From the NCBI RefSeq assembly GCF_001194135.2, contig NC_068984.1:85754032-85788504 (forward strand): a stretch of DNA of 34,473 bases, in the 5' to 3' direction. The position numbers were made by a program, and so were the translations under genes. Below the pieces are notes generated by a model. It was not told the DNA's origin. It saw only the letters and a list, made by a program, of their open reading frames with translations, and searched no databases. Positions within the stretch are counted from its first letter, which is position 1; each line of letters opens with the position of its first letter. Below, one piece after another: positions 31,607 to 34,473 of this stretch. The stretch is from Octopus bimaculoides (lineage: Eukaryota).

Positions 31607-32576
31607 GGTGTGGTTTAAAAGCGACAAAAATATTTTGACACAAATGAAACTTTAATGTTGCAGTGAAACCAATGTTATTTGTATTCTTGAATGGCTTACA
31701 AATATCTTCCACGTTGCAATTGTTTTTGTTTTCGCACACGATCTCAGATCAAATCAGTTGCTATGCAAGTACATCGCCGTAATTTTTTTAAATCACTGTG
31801 GACAAATGCCAGCAATGACCTCAGGCTCTCCGATATTTTAATTTCTAAACAGAAACAATCAGAGGTAGGGAGTGGGGTTGCAAAAAATTCATAATTTCTC
31901 AAATTTTCTTTTTTTATAGCATATAAATGTATTTATTTATGGGGGGAAATATTGCAAAACATCAATACATGTGAGAGTGATAAAGAAACGAGGAGGGTTG
32001 TCTTTGGATGTGCTAGAAACAACAGCTAAATCGCCTTTAAATCACTTTCCCTCTGAAAATATTAACGATTAAAAAATTTTTTTTACCAAAAATGCTTTTC
32101 CCATGGTTTTGAAATGCAAAAACAAATTGGCCAAAATAGGTCCGGAGTGGGATGATGAGGGAGGGGTGTCTAAAAAAAGAGACTTTTCAAAACCTTTTTC
32201 ATACAAAGATGCCCCCCANNNNNNNNNNNNNNNNNNNNNNNNNNNNNNNNNNNNNNNNNNNNNNNNNNNNNNNNNNNNNNNNNNNNNNNNNNNNNNNNNN
32301 NNNNNNNNNNNNNNNNNNNNNNNNNNNNNNNNNNNNNNNNNNNNNNNNNNNNNNNNNNNNNNNNNNNNNNNNNNNNNNNNNNNNNNNNNNNNNNNNNNNN
32401 NNNNNNNNNNNNNNNNNNNNNNNNNNNNNNNNNNNNNNNNNNNNNNNNCATTTAAGAGGTATTTGTAGAAAATTTTGTTAAAAAGTATCCATTTCATTCA
32501 TTGTTTGCAATGTTCTCTCTCCTCTTCTCTCCCCCTCTCTCTCTCTCTCATACACACACACACTCTCACACACACT

Positions 32577-32613
<37 letters not shown>

Positions 32614-32895
32614 TGCAAAGCTTACAGATAGGCTGCTGAATTTAAATCTCTATGTTGCTTTGAGGGGAAGAAAAACTTGACAAACTGCTTCTCACTCTGT
32701 TGTTGGACTACTGTGATGTTTGTTTAAAAAAGAGAGATTATAACTGTGATAAAATAATGAAAGCAATATATACTAAGCAAGTGAGCACTATTATACAAAG
32801 AAATAATTAAATGTAAAATATAAAAAGTATTAGAATTGGGAATCAAATGTGAAAATATCATCAAAGGGCTAGCAGAAAACCACCCAGTTCTTATT

Positions 32896-32936
<41 letters not shown>

Positions 32937-34060
32937 TTAACGTCTGTTTTCCATGCTGGCATGGGTTGGACAGTTTGACTTAGGTCTGGAGAGCCAGTGG
33001 CTGCACCAGACTTCAATCTGGTCTGGCCATGTTTCTACAGCTGGATGCCCTTCCTAACACCAACCACTCCGAGAGTGTAGTGGGTGCTTCTTATGTGCCA
33101 CCGGTACAGGAGCCAGTCAGACAGGCTTGGCATCGATCACGTTCAGATAGTGCTTTTTATGTGCCACCGGCACAGAGGCCAGTCAGTGGGTACTGGCATC
33201 AGCCATGTTTAGATGGTACTTTTTACATGCCACCAGCACGGAAGCCAGTCAGTGGGTACTGGCATCAGCCATGCTCGGATGGTGCTTTTTACATGCCACC
33301 AGCAGGAGAGCCAGTCAGGCAGACCTGAGATTGACCACATTCGGTCTTCTCAATCACAGCATATTTCCAAAAGTCTTGGTCTCCTATCATTGCCTCTATG
33401 AGGCCCAATGTTCAAAAGTCATGCTTCACCACCTCTTCCCATGTTTCCTGGGTCTACCTCTTCCACAGGTTTCTTCCAAAGTTAGGGGGGTGGCACTTCC
33501 TCATCCATACGTAACACATGACCATACCAGTACAGTCAATTCTCTTGCACACCATATTTGATGCTTCTTGTACCCAACTTTTCTCTCAGGGCACTACAGA
33601 CTTGGTCACCTAGGTAGCAGAAGCTATCAACTACTTCTAGTTTCTCCCCTTGTCATGTGATGGAATCTGTTTTCTAAGCATCTGTGGTGTTTATTGCCCC
33701 TGTACATCCTCCGCACACGAAAGCTATCTTCCAGGTTAATCTTCCTTTGCTGTTGCTGCACCTCTTATGTGTCCATAGCTTACACTGGGTACATCTTATG
33801 GAGTTTCTACCTACACCTTTTCTATAGATTGAAGAGGGCCACCTACCTGAAGGGGTGTGTGATGTGTTCGCCTTCGTACTTACTAGAACCTTGGTCTTTG
33901 CGACATTGACTCTAAGGCCCTTCGATTCTAAACCTTGCTTCCACACCTGAAATTTCTTCTCTAATTTTGATAGTGATTCTGCTATGAGGGCAAGGTCATC
34001 AGCATAGAGGAGCTCCCAGGGCAGTTTGTCTTGAATTCCTCTGTTATTGCCTGGAGGACT
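32937..34060 (-). mobile_element. RTE-clade LINE, 5'-truncated and internally deleted, (GAT)n tail
   Basis: CPWELLYADDLALIAES...WKQGLESKGLRVNVAKTKV; Cys-rich insertion; FCYLG; 3' end GGAAAACAGACGTTAAATGATGAT. Confidence 0.9.
33084..33320. repeat. 66-bp minisatellite (3.6 copies) in the RTE 3' UTR
   Basis: Units start at 33084, 33150, 33216 and 33282. Confidence 0.85.
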
Positions 34061-34146
34061 TCTAACCTGACATCATTCAAACATTCAAGCGCGCTAAGAT
34101 TGTTGTCCCTACTGGGGTAGGGGTAGGTGTCATCATCATCATCATC

Positions 34147-34473
34147 GTTTAACGTCCGCTTTCCATGCTAGCATGGGTTGGACGATTTTGACTGAGGACT
34201 GGTGAAACCGGATGGCAACACCAGGCTCCAATCTAAATTTGGCAGAGTTTCTACAGCTGGATGCCCTTCCTAACGCCAACCACTCAGAGAGTGTAGTAGG
34301 TGCTTTTACGTGTCACCTGCACGAAGGCCAGTCAGGCGATACTAGCAATAGCTACGCTCGAAATGGTGTCTTTTATGTGCCACCCGCACAAGCCAGTCCA
34401 GGGGCACTGGCAACGATCTCGCTCGAAAATCCTACGGAGGCCAGTCAGGCGGTACTGGCAATGGCCACGCTCA
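34147..34473 (-). mobile_element. Second RTE 3' end of the same family, cut by the window edge
   Basis: Homologous to 32937-33200; (GAT)n tail. Confidence 0.85.

Overview
Eukaryotic, AT-rich, microsatellite-dense draft genomic DNA with five N gaps (772-1292, 3105-3892, 9117-10084, 24085-24692, 32219-32448). I recognise the SINE, RTE and Dong repeat families as those of coleoid cephalopods (Octopus); this is recall and needs a BLAST check. There is no intact cellular gene. The window is a mosaic of decayed mobile elements. R4/Dong-clade restriction-like-endonuclease LINEs account for at least 9 pieces, mostly embedded in trinucleotide tracts, chiefly (ATT)n. The rest are L1/Tx1 and RTE LINEs, Penelope-like elements, three tRNA-derived SINE families, Helitron and piggyBac fragments, hAT MITEs and a possible solo LTR. 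Most interesting: (1) two minimal, dimer-type hammerhead ribozymes on the minus strand; (2) a ~550-bp non-coding element that seems to share the (AAT)n target and polarity of the Dong LINEs; (3) conserved, covarying 3'-UTR hairpins in the Dong copies; (4) a circularly permuted L1/Tx1 segment; (5) a strong minus-strand bias of the LINEs; (6) two small exon candidates, a 54-nt plus-strand exon and a 9-nt minus-strand microexon. The long ORFs in the supplied track are artefacts of N runs and microsatellites.
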